Notes: generated from the letters alone by a model not told the origin. A stretch of 62,526 bases of DNA from Pocillopora damicornis (GCF_003704095.1 NW_020846117.1:1-62526), one strand, 5' to 3'. Numbered from the stretch's first letter, positions 13,301 to 26,370 are shown. A program made the numbers and translations.

Positions 13301-16300
13301 GCCCGAATCAATTACTGTATCACGCATAGAAATCGAGATTAAGTCCAAAAAAGTTTTTTTTTGTTTTGCAGCCGCACCTTTTTGGGCTTCTCTGTCCATT
13401 TTCTATCTATCACAGAACAGATGGCGATTAGCAAAGCTAATCAGATTGGATTATAGCATTAACGGTCATGGAACGTTTGTAGATTTCATCTGACTGAAGT
13501 GGAGGTAACTTGAACGTTCAAACTAATGACCCTTAACATCAACATGTAACTGATTGCGAAGACTAGACCAAAGAGCGAATGTAGGAATGACGCTTTTGCA
13601 ATCGGGATGACTAATTCCACTACTGTTATAATTCGAATTGGTAAAAAACGAAAGTCAGTCCAAAATCTTCAGCAAACACTAAGTCAGGTACATCGCGAAG
13701 AACATTAAAATTTTTCTTACCAGTAACAGAGCAGTAATGGTGCTGCAGGCAGAGAGACAATCAGCATTAGATGTCTCCAGTCACGAATTAAGTAACCAAG
13801 CAGAGAAAGCGTAGAAAAACCAATGCTAACGAAAATATTATTCACCATTCCTGCTGCGGTGCGATTGTTTATGTGGATGATCTCCATACAGTAGACAAAC
13901 CGAACGAGAAGACAGCCTGCTGTGGCCGCTCCAGCTCCAAACCGAAACAAGGCGAACAAGGAAAGACAGTCGGAGACAGCAGATACTGTTCCACATGCAG
14001 CCTGAAGGACAACTTCCTGGTTAGACTTAATTGGAACGAGCTAAGACTAAATTTCATTTGACTACTCGCTAAGTTAATGAGTCCAGGCAAGAAGTGGTGA
14101 CCCAAAGGTTACCGTGCTGGGTTGTAGGCCGAGAGGCCCGGGTTCGAGTGTTGCGTCTTGCTCTTGGGTAAGACATTTCATAGTCACAGTTCCTCTCTCC
14201 ATCCGGAAGCATGAAGGGGTACCAGTAAACCGAGGGTCTTTTGGGGTTAACCGTTAGCTGTAAAACTGCCAAAACATTTATCCCTTAGGCGTAAAATTTG
14301 CCAAATTTGAACGGTTAGTCGTAAACTAAAAATTAACCGTAAACCTCTGTTCTCGTGACCACAGTGGAAAGATATTTACCGTGAGCGTAAATTGGCCAAA
14401 ACATTTTAACCGTTAACCGAAAAAGCCATCACCACATTGACACCCTCCAAACTGTCAGGCAAGCCCGACAGACTGCTGGGGTGGGGTGGGGTAACCTGTG
14501 ACAGAGGAGCATCTCATCCATGGGGTGGGTAACAATACTCTTCTTAATCACGCCATGCTGCGGAAACCGGGATAAGCTCCGCATTAATGGCACGTGGCTT
14601 GAAGAAGACTTAACCGTTAAGTTATATGCGTTCCACTTCGGTAAAATCTCACTTTACTCACCATGAGAAAAATACTGAGGAAGACGCTGATTTTACGGCC
14701 AAAGTGGTCGGACAGGCTACTAAAGGCAACAGAACCCACCAACAGACCTGCCATGTAAACTGACTGTGTCATGGCCTTGAGAGGACGTCTGTCACATATC
14801 AGGTTCCACTGTCACAAGATGAATCAGGAAAAAAAGAGCGAAAAAAATACAGAACCCATTAACCACTCGAATGAGAAACGCTTCAGTCTAAGAGGAGTTT
14901 ATTTGAGCATCCCTGTAATAATCCAAAATGACGCTAGTAAAAAAAATTAAAACCCATGAAGCAACCACAGACAGACCATAGTATGTGTTTGTGGTTAATA
15001 ATTGTTTACATGGCACTAACATAATCTCTGACGGTTATTGATGAAGCTCTGAAAATTGCATATCTATATTTATATTACATCTCGGTCTGAATATCTCAGT
15101 AAGGTTAAATGAAATGTTACTCGACGCGTTTGTGATATTTTTTAGCCCTCATAGGCCGTTTACGAAATTACTTTTTGGCCAGAGGTATCATTTCAGCATC
15201 GATTTTCTCGGAAAATGTCGAAGGGATGAAACTCAAATTTGCCGAAGAGATGGAGTAAGATCTCATCGATAAACAAACGTTGCCAGTTTGGAGAGATTTT
15301 TAGTAGTTTGGCGTTAATTCCAGTTTGAAGTGGAGGCGGTCACGGCTGGTGGGCAACAAATTGCGAGCATTGTCTCCCTTTCCTCTCTAACGGCCTCAGG
15401 CCAAAAGTAATTTCGTAAAAAGACGCTTCAAACGGCTAATGAGGGCGAAAAAATGCGACAGATGAGTTGATTAACATTTTGTTTAACTTTATTGAGATAT
15501 TCAGACTGAGATGTGATTTAGATATGTAATTTTCAGAGCTTTATTCATAACCCTCAGCGATTTTGTTCATCTCATGTCAACAATATTGTCAACCACGAAC
15601 ACATAGAGTCGTCTGCCTGTGAAGCAATAAGTTAGGACTCGACAATATTCAAATGCAGATAACATCTTAATTACCGAGGGACGGAAAGATCAACGTCTAG
15701 AAATTGTAGATTTTTCTCCTAATCGTTTCCGCAGGATAGCACCGCACGTTATCACGGAATAAAGGTTCCTTTCTCGGTTCTTTGTTTTGCTACTAATTTA
15801 AAAATTCATGCAAATTACGTAATGGGCTGTTCAATTGGTATTGATGAATAACAAATCCTTGCAATGCAAACTTTAAAGAGGACGTGTCAATAAACAGAGA
15901 CCTCAATGGGTCCATGGGAGTCCGAAAAGTGATAAGGACTGAAGAAAGTGATGAAATTGTCTAGCAGCCAGCCTCTAGGAAAATTTGAAAAAGTAAAATT
16001 TACTTTTTTAGGTCATTGCTTATTATTCACACAAGATTTTCTATTTATGGAGGAACAATCACTTTTTCTAAATAATTATTACCTCTGTCACAGCACTCGT
16101 CAGCCCTGCCTGAAACTCATATTTTTCGCAGTTGTTGCAGCATTCCGAACATGTATTGTTGCTCGGCGACGAATACGAAACACAGGAATATTTCGGAGTT
16201 GCAGCGTAAAAGACTTGTACAAGTTGCTGGAGGCCGATTGGCACAGACATGATGCACATGAAAGCATATAGCGCTAAGCTGTAACGGCCAAATCCGCCAA

Positions 16301-16382
16301 CCATGTCTAAAATATCGTCAAACTCGCATGATTTCTTTGATTTTGATCTTTCCATCTTTGAATTCACATTCGGACCAGACAT
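10330..16382 (-). CDS. SLC22-family transporter, paralogue B (9 coding exons)
   Basis: Exons 16382-16083, 14808-14662, 14001-13721, 13217-12972, 12151-12017, 11808-11723, 11304-11196, 11062-10990 and 10626-10330. Motifs: FDDIL..VG.FG, EWNLICD, SDHFGRK, PESPRWL, FGRR, ELYPTIIR, LPET. Confidence 0.93.
14090..14615 (+). mobile_element. tRNA-derived SINE interrupted by a MITE
   Basis: B-box-like gggttcgagt near 14140, then the core cttgggtaagacatttc…ctctctccatcc…ggtaccagtaaac. The element resumes at ~14449 (aaactgtcaggcaagcc…ggaaaccgggataagctcc). Confidence 0.6.
14232..14446. mobile_element. MITE nested in the SINE
   Basis: Termini gagggt…accctc with internal inverted ttaaccgtta/aacggtta motifs. 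The sequence aaac occurs on both flanks. Confidence 0.55.
14966..15621. mobile_element. Non-autonomous foldback DNA transposon with ~210-bp inverted arms
   Basis: 14966-15180 is the imperfect reverse complement of ~15400-15621. Termini are cacagacagac…gtctgcctgtg, flanked by aagcaac/aagcaat (a 7-bp TSD with one mismatch). Confidence 0.85.
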
Positions 16383-16829
16383 AATGTCACCGAACGCTTT
16401 TGGACGACAAGCAGAAACTCTCGAATCTTTCACAACTTGGAAAGCAGTTTAGACAAGATCCAGTTTGTTTTCGTGTAAACAACGTCAAACCGCTTATAAA
16501 TATGCATTGTACGTGAGATATGCAGATGAAAGATGACCTCACCTTTGACAGAATATTCAGTTACAAGAAAAAAACTTAAGTTAAATCTTAAGTTTTTGTG
16601 ACTCAGCCAAAGGAAGTGACATATGAGTGACAGCTTATAACCACTCCTTTGCATTGCGTGGTATACGAAAAAATAATTTCCCAAACGTTCCTAGCCCGAA
16701 AGATTGTCTAAGATAAAAGAGAAGCGAGACTTTGCTATTAAATTTCAATAAATTCTTCATATTCTGAATATATCTGGGAATTCATGCGCCCTTTCTACCT
16801 GGGGTGAGTATTTCCCGCATTTAGTGCTC

Positions 16830-17102
16830 AGTGACAGACCCTCGATAAACGTCGGGAAAAAAATCAAAGAAAGAAATAAATGAATAAATGAACGAAAGAA
16901 TCAACACGAATCAAGCCAAAGAACCGAACGAAGACGCGCACGGACTGACGAAAGAACGACGGGGTATATTATTATTTATTTTCCATATGGATTCATTCAG
17001 ACGGATCTTTCAAGCATGAACAAGTTCTTGCGCCTGGTCATGTTTGGTGACTGTTTTTTTACTTATCGCGTGATGGCTCTTTGGCTGGCAGAGACACGTT
17101 GT
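16830..17102 (+). pseudogene. Inverted, degenerate copy of the last intron end and last exon start of SLC22 paralogue B
   Basis: Reads cag|TDLSSMNKFLRLVMFG…VMALWLAETR versus cag|ADLPNMSKTLPLVIFG…VMALWLPETR at 10626-10528 (-). Upstream intron blocks also match (agtgacagac.ctcg; gcac..actg.cga.agaacga.gg). Confidence 0.85.
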
Positions 17103-17991
17103 CGAAAACGTGAAAGAGCTGTATCACGCTTCNNNNNNNNNNNNNNNNNNNNNNNNNNNNNNNNNNNNNNNNNNNNNNNNNNNNNNNNNNNNNNNNNNNN
17201 NNNNNNNNNNNNNNNNNNNNNNNNNNNNNNNNNNNNNNNNNNNNNNNNNNNNNNNNNNNNNNNNNNNNNNNNNNNNNNNNNNNNNNNNNNNNNNNNNNNN
17301 NNNNNNNNNNNNNNNNNNNNNNNNNNNNNNNNNNNNNNNNNNNNNNNNNNNNNNNNNNNNNNNNNNNNNNNNNNNNNNNNNNNNNNNNNNNNNNNNNNNN
17401 NNNNNNNNNNNNNNNNNNNNNNNNNNNNNNNNNNNNNNNNNNNNNNNNNNNNNNNNNNNNNNNNNNNNNNNNNNNNNNNNNNNNNNNNNNNNNNNNNNNN
17501 NNNNNNNNNNNNNNNNNTTAAAATTCAGGGCGTGTGGTAAGGTTAAGACGAACAAATGCACCTCAACTCCAGACATAAATCTGATTTATTCTTACTTCAG
17601 CATATTTCAATTTCCTTTCATTAACCGTTACAAGTGCATATTTCTAGCTAACTATTACAGATTCAAAAGACACGTGGTGCAATAAATGCAGTTAGGCCTA
17701 GGAGCCCATTGGTGTATTGTAATGGGCTCTGTTAGGCCTTATTCCAAAATATAAGGATATATTTCTTAGAGGGGATACCTTTTCTCCTTGCTAAAATATT
17801 GTTGGGATATATGCGATTAAATTTCAAAGGACTAAGAAAATTCTGATATGTGGTTATAACTGTATTGAAATTGCTAACTACTTGCTTTTACTTCTAATTT
17901 ACGGCACCATTCGTGATGCTTCATGACAATTGTTTTGGTATTAACGACAACCGTCGAATACTTCATTCCAACAACACCTCCATTTTACGCT

Positions 17992-20900
17992 TTAGATGTT
18001 TTCCTGGTCATTTTCGTTGTCCATTGGAACCTTCAAGGGTGCTGAGCTAGCCTCGTTATCAGGCCCTTCAGAGCTGAAAGATAAGAAAAAGGTTTGCTTG
18101 TAAAATGTTAAATAGTCCGCATGATGAACGTAAATTGTCATCCCGAAATTTGAATTTCGATCATCGTAGGCTTTGTTTAAATTCCCTTAAAAAATTGACA
18201 TTTAAACAAGCTTGATTACGATGTGTTGTGCTCTTGCATCGAAATTTTTTTGGGGACAGGGGAGGGGGATGGGAATGCAAACCTCGACGATTTTCCTTTT
18301 CCACAAACCGCATAAGGCAACTCGTTCCTTCATTCATCTGCTGACCACGAGGTGCGTATGGGAGAATATTGAGCAGGCTCTCTCTGGAAATACTCTTGAG
18401 AACTGAAAAACTTCATACTTCTGAGAAACCTTAACCACGCCTCACTTTGAATTTGACAGATTTTAAGAACTGTAAAGGAGATGGATAAATACCTGCAGCA
18501 AGGACAAGGAAGAGGACATGGACGAGGTTTCCCCATGTACACCATACCGTAGAACTCCTTATCTTTGTCGATTTCTTCCACGGTTTGAGCCATGTTGCTC
18601 ATCAAAGTCTCGGGAAGAAGCAGTGACAGGAGGCCGGCGGCTACAGTCAGCGAGCCAAAAATGACCATGGGAAGGGTAGCGCTCAATCCCGGCAACTGTG
18701 CCTGGGATTTTAAAGATGAATTTTTCCGTTATTATTTTAGTAAATTTGCTATGAAATATCGCTAGAGAGTAAAGATATCCTTTTCCAACCATTTAATGTC
18801 ATTCTGCTGAAAGTTATCCAAAATCCTGAGAAGGAATGAAGAGATTAGTTTCCAAAGAAACTGTTGTACTTGGAAAGAATTAACCAACTTTACTATCTAT
18901 CATGTAAATGAAGCTAACCTTTAATTAAGAATTCTGTATAAGATTGGAATTGAGTCACGGAAACCTACCAGCATGACAATGTAAGGTGCAATAATGGATC
19001 CCACACGAGCACTAGTGGAACATACACCAATTCCTTGGTTCCTGTTGATGGGACACAAAAATGGCTCATAATCAGGANNNNNNNNNNNNNNNNNNNNNNN
19101 NNNNNNNNNNNNNNNNNNNNNNNNNNNNNNNNNNNNNNNNNNNNNNNNNNNNNNNNNNNNNNNNNNNNNNNNNNNNNNNNNNNNNNNNNNNNNNNNNNNN
19201 NNNNNNNNNNNNNNNNNNNNNNNNNNNNNNNNNNNNNNNNNNNNNNNNNNNNNNNNNNNNNNNNNNNNNNNNNNNNNNNNNNNNNNNNNNNNNNNNNNNN
19301 NNNNNNNNNNNNNNNNNNNNNNNNNNNNNNNNNNNNNNNNNNNNNNNNNNNNNNNNNNNNNNNNNNNNNNNNNNNNNNNNNNNNNNNNNNNNNNNNNNNN
19401 NNNNNNNNNNNNNNNNNNNNNNNNNNNNNNNNNNNNNNNNNNNNNNNNNNNNNNNNNNNNNNTGGCTCTTACCTCAGTATGGTGGGATAGAGTTCAGTCG
19501 AAAACAGGTAAATGTTGGAGAATGATCCACTTGCCATGAAACGACCGATGAACGCCAAAGCTGTTACAGCACCTTTCTGTTCTAAAAAANNNNNNNNNNN
19601 NNNNNNNNNNNNNNNNNNNNNNNNNNNNNNNNNNNNNNNNNNNNNNNNNNNNNNNNNNNNNNNNNNNNNNNNNNNNNNNNNNNNNNNNNNNNNNNNNNNN
19701 NNNNNNNNNNNNNNNNNNNNNNNNNNNNNNNNNNNNNNNNNNNNNNNNNNNNNNNNNNNNNNNNNNNNNNNNNNNNNNNNNNNNNNNNNNNNNNNNNNNN
19801 NNNNNNNNNNNNNNNNNNNNNNNNNNNNNNNNNNNNNNNNNNNNNNNNNNNNNNNNNNNNNNNNNNNNNNNNNNNNNNNNNNNNNNNNNNNNNNNNNNNN
19901 NNNNNNNNNNNNNNNNNNNNNNNNNTAAACTGTGTTTAGTTACCTTCAGGAACAGCCAGGACAAAAAGGCAGAATAAACCTCCAGTCACCATTATCGCCG
20001 AGTGAGGAACGCGGCGTCCAAATCTATTAATAGCAAGGAAACAAAATAAGATGATCAATTCAAAGTGGCCTGATATATATTTCAATCTGTTTTTTAGGTT
20101 TATTCCAAGAAGATTCTTTATGAAGAAGTTTGTCCCTGTTTTCCGAGTTGTTAGTTCAAGTGCTCTACCCATACCAAGTGAAAGTTGACAAGAGATCATA
20201 TTCAAGATATGTACTAAGCGGTGAAGGCACCTTAGAGACTACAATTCGACGAATTGATCAACTTAAAACAATCTAAATCGACTTAGAGAACAAAACGATA
20301 TGGTTAACTTTATCATCAGATCTGATAACACGATCACTTCGGACAGAATGCAGTTGATTCGCACAGCCAACGTAAAAATCGCGATTACAATTGACCAATT
20401 AGTTTCAATTTCTTGAAAAACCTTGCTACACTTGTCGGTAACAATAACAAAAATTCATTAACACAGAGTTCGGGTCAAAGTATTAGAGGCTTACTTCTGC
20501 ACGATCACCCAGTTGATAAGGTGTGTTGGCACGTCTGAGAGGTACATAAGGAACAAGTTCAGATATGGACTACCGGCCAAACGAGTGACGTACAGCAAGA
20601 ATCCATAGTACACCATGCTTATAACCATCCTGGATAAAGCAGCACAAAAAGGTTTGAATATTTTTTTTTTTCGAAAGTATCTCCACGGATCGAAATCTTA
20701 AGTCTTCGAATAGGATTAGCTTATCAATCACAATACGAACAACCGTCCAGACTTTTTTTCGCGCCAGCAGAAAAAGGAAAGTCGCTCTGTGCAAGAGCGA
20801 CAAACTTATCCATTATCCTCCCAACAACATAAGGGGGTTATTAGGCCGGTGAACCGATAGGAAATGCAGTCTACTGCTTACAATTGAATCTGCTCGTGGT

Positions 20901-23780
20901 TAGTTGAAATTTTCTCTCAATGTCGAATTTGCGTCAAGTAAAATACTTCGCGATGCCCAATTTTTGCGTTGCTGCACACAACTTCTACTATTTCCAATTA
21001 AATATGTTTCTGCAACTCACCAGTTGAAGCTAAGGATGATGGTCCTCTTCCTCAACCGGGGGGAACGAATCAGCTCCAGATAGGACTGATTCTTAGTCAA
21101 GTAAGCAATCGTTTTTGACTCCACCTCACCCTGGTGATACTCAGTCAGCTTGTGTTTCAAGGCATCTGAGTCTACTGGTGAGGACTTTTTGCTAGCGAAC
21201 TTCATCAAAACATCATGCGCTTGAGTCAGGTGACCTTTTGCCGCCAACCATCGCGCAGATTCTGGGAGGATACTGTGGAGTCAAGCAAATTATGATGTTT
21301 TCTCAGGTCTGTATTTAAAGAAATGTTTGTATTTGTATGTTTTTTTTTACCAAATGGCTAATCGGTCAGCGGTTCATTCTGAAAATAACAGCATCAAGTT
21401 AAAGTGGGAATTCGTAGCAGTGTTTTTATGTCAAGGCTTTCCTTAGTTGAAACTAAGTCTATGGGTAGCTGTGTGGTTGTTGTGTTATTTTGCAGTTGTA
21501 TTGTTTACATAAGCTACGTGTCAGGGTGATACTATTTGTAAGGGGATTCACGTGTCCTGCTCGGGGGAACTACACGTGTTTTGAAGTTCGGAATAAAAGT
21601 TGGTCTCTTTTGAACACAGGACTGGAGTTTGCTTCAATTCTCATCAGCCAAGTTATTCGATAGGGCTCATTAACTTGTCCTACGTTTTGTTTTATTGAAA
21701 ACAAAAGCTTTTTGTCATCGTTATCATTGTCATCATTGTCATCATTATTCCAGAGAAGAGTACGAAGTTTGTGTGACAGGCAAAATATCTCTGTGAGCAA
21801 TTGTATGCAATGAAAATAACTGCTCAGTTAGAGTTAAAAGTTGTTGCAGTTAAAAAGCAAATGATTTAAATTGCCTACTAGAATCTATCTGACAATCTGA
21901 TCATTTTTTCATGAGTAGGTTGATAACCGGAAAACAATGATACCGTAGTTTATACGTGTAACTCACGTGCAAATCAAAAAGATCAGAAGCGGCGGGAAAC
22001 TGCAGATAATCAGCAGGGTTCTCCAGTGCGGTATAAGGTAACCAAGTAATGCGATCAACCCCGCCCCTATACACCAAAACAAACTCTGGACTTTGTCAGA
22101 AAGAGTCCGGTGACGAGGGCCAACCAGTTCAAGAACATAGATGTAGTGGGCGACGAAGAAGCCAACGGCAAAAGCTGCGGCGAAGAAACGGAGAAAGGCA
22201 AAGAATGACAAACAGTCGACGACTCCTGACCCAAGGCTGGAAATGGCCTGTGGAGGGAGAGTATGGCAGATGAATTATATCTGAGCAGAAATCAAATGGC
22301 ACACCTTGCCAGAACTATGATCCAGGTTTTCGCTACATGAAGTAATTCCTTGAATTTCTAACTCCCCTTGACTGGATGCAACCCAGGACTGGGTTACCAA
22401 AAGTATAGTTTCCCTAACAGTTTGGTCATAAATAGTAGACTTCCGTGGGGAGAGAGGCCTGGTGAGACCAAATTGCCGTGTCGGTAAGCTCAACTAAGAA
22501 CCTGGAACCCAAACCTTTTCACGCGTAAGGCCACAACTTATCCGCCTGCGAAATAAATATTAAGTTTACCAAATGAGCGCAGGACCATCATGGATGAGGC
22601 AATTGATAAAAGAAGGGAATCATACCAATAATGCAGCACATATATATATACAGAACCGACGCCCAAAGAAATCCGAAGTTACTCCGAACACGAGAGAGCC
22701 GACGAGCATTCCAGCTGAGAAGACCGCCTGGACATTGGCGCCAACATAAGCCTTGTCACAAATCAGGTTCCACTGGAAAAAGAAACATTTTGAACTTAGA
22801 TAAATTCGATAGACAGACAATTTTCTTTCGTTCGGTATAGAACACATACTTTAGGAAGAAAAATGGTTTCAAATGCGATCATGCGATTCTACGTAGGTAA
22901 ATAAATAAACTTATTACATCCATTTTGAAATCACTGGTGGTCCCTATAATCTGATTGGCTCTAATTGGTGCGATTTATTCACGAATCGCACCATTTTTTG
23001 CTTTAAATCGCATTTTTTCCCAGCCAATGAGGAGGCTACACTAAAAACAAAACAACCAATCAGATTTCAAGGCTTTTTTAAAGTAACATGGATTAATTTA
23101 ATTTCAAACCGGCTACGTACTGCATCAATAAAATATTTGAACTGACCAAGTCCTGTATTTGGGCGATTTCAAAATGGATGTAATTTTAAATTGTTTGCAA
23201 TCTTCAGCTTTCATTGGTTGGTAACGAACTGGTTATTTTCGCAATCAATCACCGCTTTACGGAATAAATGCCCCTTTCTAACAGTGATCGAGGTCCACAC
23301 TGAAGCAATTAATCTAATTGTCCCAAAATGCTTACGAGGTCATCATCTATATCCGAGCCAGAGGCTCTTGTTTTAAATACATGACAATAAATAGAAATTA
23401 TTATTAATTGACAAAAAAATATATTTTATCAAGGATAAAAAAAATTCAGGTATATGACCAAGGAAAATGTGACTTAACCATATCACAGAAGACATGCATC
23501 ATTCCAAGCTCACCTCACTGACGCTACTTGTGAAAGGACCATCAAACACATAATCAGTACAGTTCGTGCAACATTTGCTGTCTGCGCATGTCACGTTGGG
23601 AGTTACACAATGGAACCTCGGTGTACCAGCAAAGAACACAAGTCCTATCACTTGTAACGTGGAAGGAATAATCACAAGACAACAAGTCGCCACGTAAATT
23701 ATTTTCTGCCAGTATCCAAAGGAACTCACACTTGTCAGGACGTCGTCGAAATTTGAAATCGATGGTCTTTCTCCAGACAT
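17992..23780 (-). CDS. SLC22-family transporter, paralogue C (10 coding exons)
   Basis: Exons 23780-23514, 22772-22626, 22247-21967, 21272-21021, 20629-20495, 20023-19944, 19581-19473, 19041-18969, 18701-18493 and 18073-17992. Motifs: FDDVL…FG.WQ, EWNLICD, SDFFGRR, PESARWL, FGRR, ELYPTILR, LPET. Confidence 0.92.
22913..23184. mobile_element. MITE with ~20-bp terminal inverted repeats
   Basis: Termini attacatccattttgaaatc … gatttcaaaatggatgtaat. Lies in intron 1 of paralogue C. Confidence 0.8.
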
Positions 23781-24284
23781 GGCTGATTGATTTCGCGTCT
23801 GAAATTCAGTGAAAGAGCGTTGATTACACAAATATTTTCAAAGAAGCGAGTAACCGCAAAAACGAATTCATAAGAACAAAAATTCATATCGTAATTAGTT
23901 TAATCTTGTAGTCTGGTCATCCGGGCTAGAGTGGTTTTAGATAAATACTACCCGTTTAACGCCACAAAATGAATACACAGCTAAAATTATTTGCTAGATA
24001 GACGTTTATTTAAATGTAAAGATGTGTAGATGTGATTCGACTGAAAATAAATACAAATATCTAAGTACAAAGGTAAGCTACACAAAAAAAAACGAACTTA
24101 CAATTTGTGGCGTAACCAGGTCTGGCAGTTGATTCTTAAACAAAAGCCACACGGCGCTAACAAAAGCTAACGAGCGGCTGACTTCATTGAAATCAGACAA
24201 CGCCTCTACTAGCGAGAAATTAATAAATCATCACAGGCGTTACGTTACATAACCGTTACATAATACTTACCGTTACCTATTACT

Positions 24285-24900
24285 TACATAACCTCACGCG
24301 AACACGCGAACTTATAGAAACAAAACTTCACAATAGTGGTACAATTGAAAGAAAATAATATAAAATCATTTCGCAGTTGCTTGACAGTAAATAGAAATGT
24401 AAATCCTAGTTGCTACAGTGATCCTGAGAAGTATTGTTGTCGGTATAAGTGACTCAAGTGATGCTTCGACAACGTGAGCGGAAGTCATCATCGGAGTCAA
24501 ACGGAGTCAGTTTCATCAAAGTCACTTCCGCTGACAAGTGACTTCCGTTAGGCTGACGAAACGTCAGTCACTATAACTGATAACAGTGCTTCTGAAGAGC
24601 ACTTAATGCGGAGCAGCACATTACATTGTAAAATACAAAAAGTTATTTTTCAAAGTAAAGCGTTGCTGAATAGAATTGTTGGATAAAATGCATGCTTTAG
24701 AAAATTTTTCACCGTTCGTGATTCAAATCTGCCGCTAGTTTTTTACAACTTCATGATTCAAACCGTTTCGACCTCGTATAGTCACATTTCAATCAGCATG
24801 GATTGAGAAGGGAGGCCGAAAACTTTGAAAGATTTTTTTAAAACCAAAGAATGCTTTTTAACGAAATGTTTTACACAAAAACAGTCCGCTGCCAATATGT
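24285..24900 (+). repeat. ~620-bp direct repeat, copy 1 (copy 2 at 26658-27327)
   Basis: Both copies start tacataacctcacgcgaa and end aaacagtccgctg.caatatgt, and are colinear between. Confidence 0.9.
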
Positions 24901-24954
24901 ATCACATCAATACGTATCACATCAATATGTATCACATCAATATGTATCACATCA
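24893..24954 (+). repeat. 15-bp minisatellite (caatatgtatcacat) x4
   Basis: Read directly from the sequence. It produces the spurious QYVSH repeat in ORF 24851-25144. Confidence 0.95.
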
Positions 24955-26370
24955 GTCTACTCACCGTAAAGTGAAATGGTTAAGCGTGACGACAAATGGT
25001 TTAGTAAAAAACCGAAATGGTTTAGTGCTACAGCAGTTGGTTTACGCCGTAACCGCCAAAAATACAAAAGTGAAATGGACAATTCAAGCTGGAAATGGAA
25101 CAGTCTATGTGGGGCCACAACCCTATAGTTTTTATAGTTTTTAGATGCCCTTTAGTTGTAGTTTCGTCGTTTTAAAACAATGAATCGCTTTATCACGTTT
25201 CCTAGCAATGGTTCTGACTGTCTAGACTATAAGTGTGCTATCGCTTAAAATGATGCTTTTTATCAGTATTGTTGTCGTTCCTTTTGTTTCAGATTCTTAT
25301 TTTATCTTGAGGCAGTAAAATGGGGAATTCTTACCATGGTCACGCGTAACCATCGTAAGAATTTTCCATTTAAAGTACAGCAGTTTTCACTATAAATTAT
25401 TTATAACTATATAGTTTTTAACTATATAGTTTTTGTGGTTTTAGGCGCCCTTTAGTTGTAGTTTCGTCGTCTTAGAACAATGAATCGCTTTATCACGTTT
25501 CCAAGCAATGGTTCTGACTGTCTAGACTGTAAGTGTGTTATCGCGTGCATTTTTCAAAGTGTCATTCCTTCTGTTTCGGGTTCCTATTTTATCTTGAGGT
25601 AGTAAAATGAAGAATTCTTACCATGGCTAAGCGTAACCATCGTAAGAATTCTCCATTTAAAGAGCAGCAGTTTTCACTTTAAGAAACTGAAAAGAACAAA
25701 AGAACAATATGAAACTGGCTAATAGCAATTTGAACTCCCAACATGGTTAAGCCTCAACAATTAGAAATTTTACGACCTCAAGATAAAACTTCTAATAGTT
25801 GCGGCTTAACTTAGTTTTAACAAACTATTAAAATTGGAGATTAAAAAATATATGGTTTGAAACGATCGGAAAATAAATTATTGTGAAATATAAGCTTGTG
25901 ACTAAGTGATTATTATGCTACTGAACGTTCAGCTGCTCGATAAAAACGGTTTCATCTAAAATGTCATTTACTTAATTGCGGCAAGATGATAAGGGTATAA
26001 ATTTATTCGCTAACGAGCGAAAATAGGCAAACATAAATAATGATTATTACTGGAATAAGGCTTGCTGAGTCTAGTAGACGAGACTACAGAAATAATTTCT
26101 TCTTGTGTTGAACGTCGAGTGGAAGAACCTCGTGAACGCGAACGTCCTGGCGAATTTCGCGTCAAATTCGATCTGAACGAAGTAAGGGTTGTGACGTAAC
26201 ACCCCACATAGATTGTTCCATTTCAAGCTTGACTTGTACATTTCACTTTTGTATTTTTGCCGGTTACAGCGTAAACCAACTGCTGTAACACTGAACTATT
26301 TCGGTTTTTACTAAACCATTTGTGGTCACACTTAACCATTTCACTTTACGGTGAGTAGATTGATGCGATA
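24945..26370. repeat. ~170-bp inverted repeat pair (24945-25115 and 26201-26370)
   Basis: tctactcaccgtaaagtgaaatggttaag…tggaacagtctatgtgggg is the reverse complement of ccccacatagattgttcca…cttaaccatttcactttacggtgagtaga. Confidence 0.9.
25123..25680 (+). repeat. ~300-bp tandem duplication (two copies)
   Basis: gccctttagttgtagtttcgtcgt…cagcagttttcact occurs at ~25147-25391 and ~25447-25678. Confidence 0.9.

Noticed and set aside
12373-19964. Long ORFs containing X runs
   Set aside because: They are artefacts of N gaps.
24851-25144. ORF with a QYVSH repeat
   Set aside because: It is a by-product of the 15-bp minisatellite and the inverted-repeat arm, with no splice or homology support.
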